A stretch of 64,000 nt of DNA from Gordius albopunctatus (Eukaryota), in the NCBI GenBank assembly GCA_964276515.1, contig OZ193909.1, positions 19,344,001 through 19,408,000 on the forward strand. The letters are read 5' to 3'. Each line of letters begins with the position of its first letter. Positions within the stretch are counted from its first letter, which is position 1. A program made the translations under genes and the position numbers. The notes under the pieces were generated by a model. The model ran no database searches. It had not been told where the DNA came from and saw only the letters and a list, made by a program, of their open reading frames with translations. Below are positions 51,565 through 64,000 of the stretch, in pieces.

Positions 51565-51964
51565 AATCGGCCCGTCGCTTGCTAAGGGTGTCAGCAACTT
51601 CTCGGCATTTTGCAGTCATTGTTCCAACATTTAGCGAGCCCACTCTCAATCTCGTCCTTAGCAAACTAGTTTCTTTAACTACGTCCGTTTGCGGAAGATG
51701 TAGTGACCCTCGTTGACTTTTCACATAATACGGGCTCCTACCATGGGTGTCGTTTACAGAGGACGCCCTAGCGCTTTCATTACTCTCATTATTACAAAAT
51801 TTTATAGCACTTGGATCAGGGGTGAGGCTCGACTATCCAGGCCTGACAGCTGTGTTGATGATGTGAGATATTTTTAAACTTTGAAATAAATGCCGGAGGT
51901 GGAATCGAACCAGCAACTTCGCGCTTCAAAGTCTAAACTTATACCCACTACACCACCACGCCCC
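51565..51964 (-). mobile_element. tRNA-derived head fused to an RTE 5' UTR and the start of its AP endonuclease
   Basis: GGGGCGTGGTGGTGTAGTGG...CTTTGAA...GGTTCGATTCC, a body shared with the SINE at 44084, then gctagggcgtcctc (as at 58468) and LRVGSLNVGTMTAKCREVADTLSKRRAD. Confidence 0.8.
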
Positions 51965-52059
51965 TTAATAATAGCGCCATCTATACTATATTATAAATAT
52001 TTCCAAATTTAAAAATAAATAAATTTTAATGTTAACCATATACATGGAATTGATTATTA

Positions 52060-53180
52060 TTATTACTTGTGCAATTTTTTATTGCCTGGCTTGCTGACGT
52101 TTTCTTTAGCCCTCCATTTCAAATTCGAGATTCCTGACTCTTCTTTCAAAATTTATAACAATTAGACGATGTTGTGATATCTTCTTCTACAATGATTTTA
52201 CAATCCTATTTTCTCCATAGATCCTTTCGCCATATAAGCATATAGTCTATATGGCTAAAATTCTTTCCCCTACTTAAGTCATATATTATCTTCACCCCTT
52301 TGAAAATTTGTTATCACCATATATGATATTGTTCTAGCCGTGATGATCATTTTCCTCTCATGTTCCTTATACCTCCTTGTACAATGAATTGAAGAAAATC
52401 TCTTTTTCGATTTTCATACTTTCAAATTGTACATAGCCACGCATATGATAAGATGGCCTCATTCAATCTTCACCCATATTAACTGTCTGAACATCGTTTG
52501 ACTTCCACCACCTTGTTCTTAATAATTTGCTTTTATAGATATCGACTCCGTTCCTGCGATTCTGTGCCCCACTACAGAATAGCTTATATTCCATTTTTAC
52601 ACCCACAGCTTTGGACCCAGTCCCTTAGGCTCTTAGCCAGGCCATGTGTATCGTTTTTCCTTTTTGTATTTGTAAAACTTCGTTGCATTCTATCATCAAT
52701 GTGCCCAATAACGGCATCGTCTCGCATCCCACAACTAATATCCCTAACCGCCTTTTTTGTGAGTTCGGCAATAACCCCAGTGTCTGTTGTCTATTGCACG
52801 GACGGAAGATGCACTGCACGTCATTTATAGAGGATGCCCCATTTTATCTCAAGTTGTCATTATTTTATGTGATTTGTACTGCCTGCTCTAACCTTACGCC
52901 CACGGACTTGGGACACTCATAGATAGTGTTTGTGAAAATATCATATTTCGGCTTGAATAGGATTTGGCCCACCTCTTTTTTTTGTGTCAAGAATCCCAAT
53001 CCCCGATAACGACCTTTTTATCCTTTATCAATTTTTAAATACCCCTGTTATCCCCATTAAGAATTTGTTAGCCATCTCGATGTGTGCAGCAATTTCGCTA
53101 TTGCAACGGCCTTTTCAGCTCTCCTTACCTCCTTATATTACTGATAATCTCCGACTTTTCGATTTATGCCACAGTAGGTA
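52060..53180 (-). mobile_element. Decayed RTE LINE fragments (5' UTR/APE and inter-domain region)
   Basis: LGLLPNSQKRRLGILVV matches LELLPNSQRRRLRKLVV at 58530; agtcggagattatcag motif as at 59444. Confidence 0.65.
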
Positions 53181-54495
53181 GTGTATGATAACTATCTTTA
53201 AGTGCGAACATGCAATGTTACCAAATGCCCTAAAAACTACACTCAGCAGTTTATATTACGACTCTTATTATATTTATATATTACTTAAATAACAAAATGG
53301 TTATTTTTGGTGTTTATACTCAAAAGCTATTCTTACTTAAAAGAATCTATAAAATTTTGTTTGGATTTACTAAACTATGAATGGAGTATCTGTAATATCC
53401 TTATGCACCTATAACTTAAGTTTTTTTTAAATATCGAATATATTTCAATTACAATGGCAGGCCAAGAAAGGCCAATGCTAGCCAACTACCAACGTCACCA
53501 ATCCATATATGTATTACTTAATAATTTGCTCTAAATATATTTTATAACTACCGGATACATTATCAGCAATTAAGAATGTAAGTAATTGCAGCAATAAAAT
53601 GTTTTAAGTTCTAACCCAAAGTACAGCATATGGAAAGAATATAAAAGATTGCTTCAACTGATTTGCCTTGTTTTAATAATCACAAATTTTGTATATGTCT
53701 AGATGCCAGATCATAAAATTATTAAAATTAAAATTAGTTTTATTATAAACCATGTCACTTCCGCCGAAATAACCAATCACAAATTACTTAGTTGGATAGG
53801 TGCCATAAATTTGGCGACATGTTGTAATATACTTAACAAAAAAATAATAGATATGATTTCGCTTAGATAAAATAATCCAATTTTATTTTCACCTTCAATA
53901 TTAATGTAATTTAAAAATAAAGATATTAAAAATTTCATTTTTTACAAAATTTATAAAACTTATAAAATAAGAAAGGACTTAAAAATATTTTACCTGTTTT
54001 CTGATAACTGATTTTTTTAAAAACCGTTTCTATTATTTTCAAATCTATTATACCCTTTACCCTCTTTAGAACATTGTCAAATGACTATACATATGGCATA
54101 TCTTTGCGATTATTTATCTGATTAACTGTTATTTTTTTTATTATTATGCGAGTTTACTTGGAGATACAACTGACGTGATTTTCTTGAGTAAAAATAAATG
54201 AGTATACCCTTATTATAAGGAAAAATTATATATGATAATTTCTGATAAATTTTGATTTTATGGTCATCAGCTGAACTTTTAATTCGCTATCCAAAAAAAT
54301 GATTAAAAAGTCTGTATCTAGCACATATAATGGCTTACCCTTTAAGAAGTAAAACAACAGTTTCAGGATTTTCCTTGCCTTATGTAAGTTTATTTTGCTT
54401 TTTTTATTTAATTCTATATATAGGAGGATATTGGCTCGATGAAAAAGGTTAATAAAGGTAAATATATATATTGTGTCATTATTTATATGTATCAG

Positions 54496-56894
54496 GGCGT
54501 TCAGCAAGGAATAGGATAACTTGTCATGAATGTTTTGAAGGATTTACTTCAGATTTTGATTATGATGCTCATACCCAAAGATGCCAAATAAAATATATTC
54601 AAAAAGTTAAGGAGCAAGAAGCTATATATGAGAATCATTTAAAAAGAATTTCTCAGGACACTCCATCTTTCCTTTCTGCAATGAAATTAATTCCAAATTC
54701 AGATGATGGTTTAAATAATATCAAGGAGATGAGCAACCATCATGTTGAATCTCAACTTCCATATGATTATAATAATCATCCAATTACCTCTTCGACTAAT
54801 CGTCCAAAATTTTTCCATGAATTCAAAAAAATAAATTGCTTACTTAAAAGATCTGTATGTTACCCAGCAATAGAAGGACTTAGAGAAAAGACTGTCTTAA
54901 ATGTGCTAACAGATTTCCCACCTTCTCCACTTTGGTTGTCGAATCTAAATGCTCAAGCTGTTTTAGCTGAAAAGTATAGAACAAGGTTTTCAAGTCGACA
55001 CTTAAAAATTATGAAAAGCATATGTGTTACAAACTCCATTAAAGAACCAAGATATTATAATAATATAAATCTTACCTCATTGTTATGTCAGCAATCATTT
55101 GATAAATATGTTAAGTTCTTTGAAAAACAGATCAATTATATGGATGAACAAAAATTTGAATTACCATCTTATGATGATAAGGTAGATTATATGGAGAAAA
55201 CCTGTACAAACATGATATGTAATAATTTACATGCCTATAAAAAACCAATCACATATTTAAAAACCCCAAAATATGAAAAATATTGTGAGAGGTATGAGTA
55301 CACACCATACGGACATCAAAATGGCAAAAATATTAGGGAACAAGATGCCCTAGTTCTCACCAAATCAGACAATAAATTAAATCTTTCATCATTTTTGGAT
55401 TATCCTGATAAACTGAAAACAAAACAAGGATCAAATTTTAAAATTAATGGCCGGATCAATAAAATGAGAGAAGTGGTTGAGAATGATGATGGCACCATTT
55501 TGACGAGGGATTTTTTATTTTCAGCCCTATACGACTCAGCATTTTCACAGTTAGTGTATAAGAAATATTTGCCTTGTTTAAACCTGCAGGATTTTGATTT
55601 AAGGTTTTGCCCCGCTGAAAAAACATTGTCATCATCACAAAAACTAAGGCAACAAATTCTCGAAGATTCCATCAACTTAACCTCCAGCCTAAACAACCAA
55701 ATGACTATGTTTTCCGGATATTACATCCAACATTTGTCCCAACTCCAGCCTCCAACGTATATACCACCTTACTCTATATGCACGTGTTGCTTTTACCAAG
55801 TCAAATCTAACGATTCACAGCAATCGCACGCGCTCAATATATCTCAATCTCTTTTGAAATATGCAAAATCGAAGACACAAACCACCAAGTCGTTGGCGAT
55901 CAAAAAAAAATATTCTCCCTTGCACAAGAAAAAGGCTAAATTCAACGCGGCAAAATTATCTCCCGTTAAACCGAGAGAAATCATCCCCACCCAGCCTAAA
56001 CGTAGTCCCCGCAAGTTAAATATCGTTGGGGGGAAATCAATTTTAATTGATCTTACCGACGAAGAAGTCATTTCTCAACCGGCATGTGTATCTTCTCTAT
56101 TATCCCCCAAAATGAAATCCTACACAGGTCACGAGCTAGAACCTCGCGACAATGTGATGCTCGTTGACCTAACCTTAGATTCGGATACGGAAACCCTTTC
56201 TTGCGAATCTTACGCTTCACATTCCTCGGCAACCTCAACATCGGCCTTGAGTGTAAATAGTAGCGCGGAAGAGCTTCGTAATAACAATAAAATTGAAACC
56301 CAGATGAATAGTAGGGACGTCAGTGATCGAGTCGCGTCTTCGAGATTAAAGCGAATCATTAAAGCACCTCTGTGTTGCTCGAGCGAAGATGTACCTTGCT
56401 CCATCCCCGGGCACAAAGTTAAAAGGTCTAAACTTAAAAGTAAACCAAAGTCCAAACTCGATTCTAAGGTTCAGCACGCCCATCACAACTACCCACCCCT
56501 CCAAGCGAAATTATTAAACGGTCATCAAACTAATGATCGGGCTTACTTTAAACCGCGGAAGAAATCTAAAATGAGTTCCGACAAAGTTAGCCCGATCAAA
56601 AGTAAAACGACGACGCAAAAATATCCCCCTGACAAGTTGGCTTCTAAAAATATGCCAAACGGTCATATTGGAAGTTCTAATGTTGGGACCATCTTACCCA
56701 AATGTAAATTATTACTCCATTGTCACCTTTGTGCTCATAAAGAATCGTTTCAGTCTCAAGAAGACATCCAAATGAAGATAGCTTACCATTGTTCCAACTA
56801 TCACAAAAATGTTCAATTTTACATTGACATGTCCGAAACACACGACTTCGAAACGGGTTACGACGTAACACTCGTCGAATGTCGCCCTAGTTAG
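54496..56894 (+). CDS. Large terminal exon of an uncharacterised zinc-finger nuclear protein
   Basis: 807-codon ORF beginning at acceptor tatcag. N-terminal CHEC-x12-H-x3-C finger, C-terminal CHLC...HCSNYH finger, basic NLS-like patches. A candidate first exon (MAGQERPM) starts at 53454. Confidence 0.8.
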
Positions 56895-59800
56895 CAATAG
56901 CCAATGTTAAACTTTCCCTATACTTCCAATCAAGTATTTCTTAAGTACGCACCCCTCTCTGGTGTTAGCTATTTATTTAAACTGTACAAATATACCCTCA
57001 CTACATGCTAATTGTGTTTAATTACCGATCACATATTATAACAGCTTTTATATTACACACACATATGTATAATATCAATAAAATTACATTTTCCAACCCT
57101 AAAAATTACAATTTGTTCATTTTATTTATTTGTCAAGGCATAAGATCTGTTAATAGGTTTAATAATTTAAGCTTTATAAAATCTTATCTACTCTTTATGA
57201 ATAGATTGGTAAAAAGGAAGAATTGTTATAAAGCTCGTACTAAAGGTATTAAATGGATTTTGTCCTAGGATTTTTTAGGAGTTAGAAATATCCGCGCAAG
57301 TCTAGTTACAGAGAAGCACCTCTCTTGTTACACCAATTATTTTTAAGTAACTAGCTATAATAAGAATGTCTACATGCTTACTAAGAATTTTTTTCAAAGA
57401 GCCATTCTTCTAAGATTTGGGGTAGTCATAGTAAAGTCCGCTCAAATCCCTTGAGGCTGATTGCTGGCAGCTATGGCTGCCGCAAACTCATTACTCGATT
57501 GTTTACTCTGTAGTGGTTTAAGCCTACTTTATTTGTATAAAACCAAAGATCCCTCTATATCGTTAAGCATTAGCTTATATACCATTGTAAAGAGGTTAAT
57601 ATAAATAACTCGTAAGATAGTTGAGGGCTATTCAAATTATACTGATTGTGATTAGGATAAGGAGGAGTATAAATAATGTGTATTCATATATAGTAAGAAG
57701 GAATTTGAACAACGTGATATCCAAATTGTAAAGGTATACTATTCTAATTAGGTAATACCATAACTTGAACACCCTAATAAGTACTATCGTGCTTCGCTTA
57801 TCGGCTGTGTAAGCTATGGTGTGTTTTGGAGGTTCCCTGAGCCTGGCAGAAGGACAAGTGTCATTAGTTTATGTTTTGATGTCTAGACGAAGTCAAATAC
57901 GAAATTTTGATATAAAGAAGTGAATCTTTTGTATGGTTGGACATGGCTTTCAGCCATTTGGGGTTAAACTGGAAGATATCGTTAAGTTTATAGTGTAAGG
58001 CGTTGGAGACGAGAGTGTTATATCAGGGGTATTTTTAAGTTCCATATTTTTTAATGTCTTTGGGTGGATAAGATATGTAAGATTTTAAGGTTGTTTTAAC
58101 GTTGCTAGGCAATTCTGAGCAGAATATTATCCTTTATAATATGAGCGAAAATGGTAAAAGAAAGACGACTTATCTGAAATGATACCAATGCAAGAAACCA
58201 TTAATTTTATATTTTAATGGACAGCCCACAGGCTCGTTAATGTGCCTGATCGGCTCCATTAATAATATGTCATGGCTGTTAATTGATAATTTGTGATATA
58301 TGACTTAAATTTTTTTATATCCATTTATTTGACGCTTCTATCTGCAAATGAATTATTACGGTTGATTTCATACGAAGGTCAGTGGAGGGTTGGCGTCAGG
58401 TCGGAAACCGGGTATAAAAATCAACTTCAAAATTATGATAGTTTCAAATAAGATTTTACAAGAAAAGGCTAGGGCGTCCTCCACAAATGACGCGCACTGC
58501 ATACCCCGTCCTTGCTATGTGAAAAATACACTAGAGTTACTACCTAACTCACAACGAAGGCGGTTAAGGAAACTAGTTGTGGAAAGAATGCGAATTACGT
58601 GCTGGAATGTGGGAACGTCGACGGGGAAGAGCATCGAGGTCGCACAGATGCTAAAAAGAAGAAAGGTACACATCACGTGCCTACAAGAGACCAGGTGGAA
58701 CGGAACAAAAACTCGGGAATTAGGAGAAGGATACAAACTTTTCTACAATGGGTCACCAAATCGTAGAAACGGGGTCGGTATCGTTATTCATTGGAAAAGG
58801 AAATTCAAGGAATAGGACAGGAATAAAGGCTAATTATTGGGGCAGATTTCAACGCTCACGTTGGGAAAGATCGCCTCGGGTATGAACGCAATCATGGAGG
58901 CTATGGGCATGGTTTGAAGAATAAAGAAGGGAAAAAACTTCTCGAAGTATCCCAAGCATATGACAAGGCGATCGTTAACACCTATTTTCAAAAACGCGAA
59001 GATCATATTGTGACCTATAGAAGTGGGAAGCATTTTAGTCAAATCGACTATTTGCTTATACGGCGAAAGGACTTATGGAGTATCAAGGATTGCAAAGTGA
59101 TAGCGGGAGAAGAAATCGCCAGGAAACACCGTCCCCTTGTTATGGATCTTGACAGAAGAGTATTTCCTGAAAGAATAAAGTTCTATGAACCTCGAATTCC
59201 GATACGAAAGGCTAAAGGATACGTCGACGAACAAAGAATACCATCAAAAAGTCTGCTCACTCTTGGGTGCAAGGAAGTTGCAAAGGGACGTAGACGACGA
59301 TTGGGAGACGCTATCTAAGGACATTAAGGAAACAGCGATTCGTGTTCTAGGACAGACTAAAGGAGGCAAAGCTATGAATAGGGAACTATAAAGATTTCAT
59401 CGAAAGAAAGAAAAATCTATATAGACGGTGGCATAAATCAAAAAAGTCGGAGGATTATCAAGAGTACAGGTACGCAAAGAGGGCCGCAAAAAAGGCCGTT
59501 GCAAAAGCGAAGAATGCCGCGTACACCGAGATGGCAAACAAACTGCATCATAAAGGGGGCGATGGGCTTATGTACAAATTGGCCAATATAAGGGAGAAGA
59601 AAAGTCGCGATGTCGGAGTTCTTAAAATAGTCAAAAGCGAGAAGGGTCAAACTTTATTCAATCCGAAAGAAGTGATGGAAAGGTGGAAAGGATATTTTAA
59701 GAAACTTATGAATATTGCAAACGACAATGATTCCCTTTCCGAAATTGAGCCAAATATAAATATGGTCGAACTCTTTCAGGAGGATGAAGTTAGAACACAA

Positions 59801-60380
59801 ATGAACAAGATGCAAAAAGGAAAAGCAAATGGTCCAGATGGAATACCTATGGAAGCATTGCTCGGATGTCGTGAAGAAGGAGTCACCACCATGACGAACC
59901 TCCTTAACAAGATATTGGTAGAAGAGCGAATCACTAATCAATGGAGAGCAAGCACGATTATACCATTATTTAAAGGCAAAGGAGACCCTCAGGACTGCGG
60001 CAATTACAGAGGTATCAAGCTAACTTGCCACTCTTTGAAGCTTTTGGAAAGGATCTTAGTAACAAGGCTGAAAAGCGAGGTGGAAATATCGGCTAATCAA
60101 TTCGGATTCGTGCCCGGCAAATCTACAATCGACCCAATCTTCGCCCTGAGACAAATGATGGATAAGTTTTTATCGACTTGGATAAAGCTTATGACACGGT
60201 CCCCCGCGACTTAATATGGTGGTGCCTGAGGAAAAAAAATATCCTTGACGCATATATACGACTTATGAAAAATATTTATGAAGTTTCAAACTCTTGCGTT
60301 AGGACGACAGTTGGAGACTCTAAACCTTTTCGGGTTAATATTGGATTATATCAAGGCTCTGCTTTAAGTCCCTTTTTATT

Positions 60381-63153
60381 AATTTCTATGCAATTTATGG
60401 GCTCGTTTTTTGTTGTCCGTCCGTCCGTCCGTCGTCCGTCGTCCACCAAGTTATTTACACCAGCTTCCCGACTTGCAGGCTGGGGATCGAGACCCGGAGA
60501 GGACAAAAATTTGTATTTTTTTTTAAATTCAATTAATATTTTGTTCTTGTTAATACCATTGATAATATGACTTTTTGACCATCCGCAGGCTACTGACCAA
60601 TAAAAAAATGACCGCTGGTCAAATAAATCGCAATTTTTAATTTTTCGTTTTTGAATAGTTTAACATTGATAATTACCCTATGCCCTCCCCTACAAGGGCC
60701 TATGCCTCTATTGATGGTTCCCTGTTCTCCTCCAAAGGCTTATGCCTCTATTTAATGTGGGTTTGAATCCCGGCGAACGTTCTAAATTGCTGGTTCGAGA
60801 CCCGGAGAGGACAAAATTTTTTTTTAAATTAAATTAATATATTGTTCTTGTCAATACCATTCATAATATGATTTTTTGACCGTGTTCTGGCTACTGACCG
60901 ATGGGAAAAATGACCATTGGCCAAAGTGAGCATCAAAAAATTTTTTTCCGTTTTTTTGGCTATTATTTACTTATAGAGTATCTTTTGGTACTGACCAATG
61001 GAAAAAAATGAACATTGGCCAAAATATGAATCGAAATTATTTTTTTTGTTTTTTTTGACTCGTATGTATTTATAGACCATCTCTGGGTACTAACCAATGG
61101 AAAAAAATGACCATTGGCCAATTCTCGTTTTTTTTTGACTCGTATGTATTTATAGAGCGTTGTAATGATATGAAACGTCGACATTCCCCCCCCCCAGAGA
61201 TGCATCAAGATTTTAAGGATTTGAAAGATTACGAAGCATCTACTACAATTTCTTGGGTCACCAAAATGTTTTTAGACAAAAAATTTGCGGTTCACCCAAA
61301 ATTCGTTAAAGATTTAGAGAAGTATTATGCTGCAAAAACTGAATCCCTCAATTTCGAAGAGGAAAATGTAGAGACAGCTAGAAATATCATAAATACATGG
61401 GTTCTTGACCAAACAGCTTAATTGACCGTGTTTTATCTGCACCCGTACCTAATAGTTTAAACAGAATACTATTCTAAACGTTTTTTACTTTAACGCCAAA
61501 TGGGAAGTTCCCTTTAAAAAATCTTTAACTATTTGGAATGACACCTTTCTCGCTGCTCAAGCAAATATCATAGTCCGAGTACCATCTTATATCAGCTATT
61601 TTACTTATTTTTTATTTAATAGTAATTTAATAAATACATATTTCTCAATGTTAGGCACCTTTTCAAATTAAAAAAATAATATTTGTTATCGCTAAATTAA
61701 TTTTGATAGGCTATTTATTAACCCTAATTAATTCCCCCCAAACATACATACTATCGAGAACCCCTTCCCCCAATAACTTAATCTTACTTTAATTACTCAA
61801 CCTTAGAATTTAATGGGTTTTCTGAGGGAAAAGGATAAATCGTATAGAGAGGATGACTTTGTAAATTTTTAAATACTCATTTCTTTATTTCCAATACACC
61901 ATCTACAAACTTAATCATTAACAATTAATACAGCGCGCATCATTTTAAATTCCCAAAAGGTAATTATTAATTTAATTTCAATAAAATAAAATAATTTGAA
62001 ATTTAAACTGATTTAAGATTTCGAAAATTCTAGAAAGATAATCCTTTTACGCATTTAGATTAAATTCATACAAATAGCGACTAAATAAATTCTCTATTTA
62101 TTTTCCCTTTAAATATCAAAGCCAAAACAATATAATTTTTTTGCGGCCCCCCATTTTTTCCATAATAATTTATTTTTGTTAAATTATCTATAATATATTG
62201 ATTTTCTATTATTGTTTCTTTTTATTATATAATAAACATAAAACACACCTTTATTATTTCATTATCTATATAAATAACATAAAAACTTCTACAATTTTAA
62301 TACCAGCATGCGAACGTTCTAAATTGCAGGTTCGAGACCCGGAGAGGACAAAAGTCTTTTTTTAAATTAAATTTTAATATTTATTGTTCTTGTTAATACC
62401 ATTGATACTATGACTTTTTGAACTTCCGCTGGCTACTTACCAATGAAAAAAATGACCATTGGCCAAATTGTGATCGAAATTTCTTTTTAGTTTTTTTAAC
62501 TCGTATGTATTTATAGACCGTCTCTTGATAATGAACAATAAAAAAATGAAGCCATATTGTTTTTAAGTAAAGGCTCAAATTTCAAAATGCTTCTCCCAAA
62601 ATCATTATAAAATACGGAACCAATTTCTTGAATATTTGGTGATCAAAAAACGCCTATTGCTGAAGTGTTTTAAATCCGTGGTTCTTAACCTTTTTATACA
62701 CGCGGCCCCCCCCCCCCAAATATTTTATAATTTTTTTGCGGCCCCCCGTTTTTGTCATAATAATTTATATTTGTTAAATTATCTGTCGATGGGGTTGCAG
62801 CCATTACATGCTTGAAAGCATGATTAGGGCTTAATAAATATACAAGTAATATTTGCGCTAAACCAAGCTTATTTGCTGGGTGCGAGCGATATATACATTT
62901 AAACGTTACATTTGATTAATATTATATTTTTCATTATAGATTTGAGAAATGATATTAATTCACTATATTAATGCAAAATAACCTTTGCATTTAATACCCC
63001 CCTATAGAGATTCTCGCCCCTTCCCACCTTTCTCGCCCATAAATTGCATAGCAAATATGCAACTTTTATACAGAGTATAGAAGAGTTCCCCCTTCCCTTC
63101 CCCTACTCCCATTGCCCCCTTCCCCTTACCACGAGGGCCGAAAGCCCGAGTTT
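60381..63153 (+). mobile_element. Composite DINE-1/Helentron-like element inserted in the RTE RT, carrying a serpin fragment
   Basis: 5' subTIR aatttctatgcaatttatgggctc plus (GTCC)n; 97-bp-family units at ~60890-61155 and ~62430-62550; 3' subTIR gcccataaattgcatagcaaat (63035-63056); hairpin gggccgaaagccc; T-run insertion site. Confidence 0.85.
61198..61590 (+). pseudogene. Serpin (serine protease inhibitor) exon fragment
   Basis: After acceptor ccccccag: TISWVTKMFLDKKFAVHPKFVKDLEKYYAAKTESLNF...ARNIINTWVLDQT, then frameshifts to LIDRVLS and ILNVFYFNAKWEVPF...VRVP, matching the serpin hE/hF, s3A NAIYFKGKW and gate segments. Confidence 0.85.
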
Positions 63154-64000
63154 TTAATATAATTATAGACACGATAACGAGGGACATTCAAAAGCCATCG
63201 CCATAGTGTATGCTATATGCCGATGATATATTACTATGAGAGGAAACAAGGGAGAAAGTATTCTAAGAAGCCGAAAAGTGGTCAAAGCGCTTAGCTGGAT
63301 ATGGTTTAAAGGTCAACGATCAAAAAACGATATACATGGAAATGAACGGTACAGGCACCCCATCGCTGGATGACCATCTAAAGTACCCAAAAGTAGACAG
63401 GTTCACATACCTCGGCTCAATACTACATCAAGAGGGAGGTTGCGCAACGGAAGTCAATGCCAGGATGCAAAAAGGATGGCTTAAATGGCGAAGTATATCC
63501 GGTGTAATGTGCGACAAGAAGATGCCAATATGGTTGAAGAGCAAGGCTTACAAATCCATCGTAAGACCGGTGTTACTCTATGGAAGTGAAACATGGGCAT
63601 TAAACACCACGGAATTAAAGCTATTACAAGCCACAGATATGAGAATGATACGGTGGAGCTTGGGGTATACTAAGCTCGACCATATGACTTCTCATGACAA
63701 AAATGGGTATTCAATCTATGGCGGACATGATTAACAAAAATCGGCTAAGGTGGTATGGGCATATACTAAGAAGGGACACGGATGACGTAAATCGTAAAGT
63801 ACTGGACATGGATGTACCGGGGAAGAGAAGAAGAGGACGACCCCATGTCACGTGGTAAGGACAAGTCGATAAAGTTATGGAAACTAAAGTGATTAGTCAA
63901 GACATGGCACTCACCCGGTTAAGATGGAAGAAACTTATCAAAACAAACCCCCCCCACCAATGTGGGACCAAATAACTGATAAAGAAGAACATTCCATTTT

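Larger units (their letters stand above)
58385..63990 (+). mobile_element. Near-full-length decayed RTE-clade LINE (APE + RT), interrupted at 60381-63153
   Basis: APE RITCWNVG...CLQETRW...NGVGI, GADFNAHVG, SQIDYLL. RT KANGPDGIP, NYRGIKL, QFGF, KAYD, QGSALSPFL | FNIIID...MLYADD, FTYLGS, RPVLLYGSETW. Tail cccccaccaatgtggg followed by aagaag. Confidence 0.92.

Noticed and set aside
57300..58060. Decayed membrane-protein or GPCR pseudogene on the minus strand
   Set aside because: A hydrophobic stretch is present, but there are many stops and no diagnostic motif.

Overview
AT-rich eukaryotic (metazoan, invertebrate-like) genomic DNA with short GT-AG introns and dense, nested transposon remnants; there are no prokaryotic features and no CRISPR array. 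Host genes: a class A GPCR (minus strand, cut by the window start), proteasome alpha-5 (PSMA5, 8 exons), a 13-exon orphan with a repeated helical module and a Pro-rich tail, an intronless GH35 beta-galactosidase-like gene lacking its catalytic motifs, a CTR/SLC31 copper-transporter homolog lacking the MxxxM filter, a CLIP-170/CLIP-190-like CAP-Gly coiled-coil gene, and a zinc-finger protein with SIM-like motifs. Mobile DNA: a truncated Ty3/Gypsy element plus a solo LTR, RTE and CRE non-LTR remnants, a hAT element and two hAT-type MITE families with 8-bp TSDs, a tRNA-derived SINE, a probable Helitron, and DINE-1/Helentron-like (HINE) elements with central ~97-bp tandem arrays. The most notable observations are (i) a HINE that splits an RTE reverse transcriptase at a T-run and carries a serpin exon, (ii) a tRNA-headed RTE fragment near a SINE apparently derived from such an element, and (iii) a divergent pair of intact but motif-dead genes (GH35 and CTR). 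All calls are by eye; no database searches were run, and exon coordinates marked ~ are approximate.
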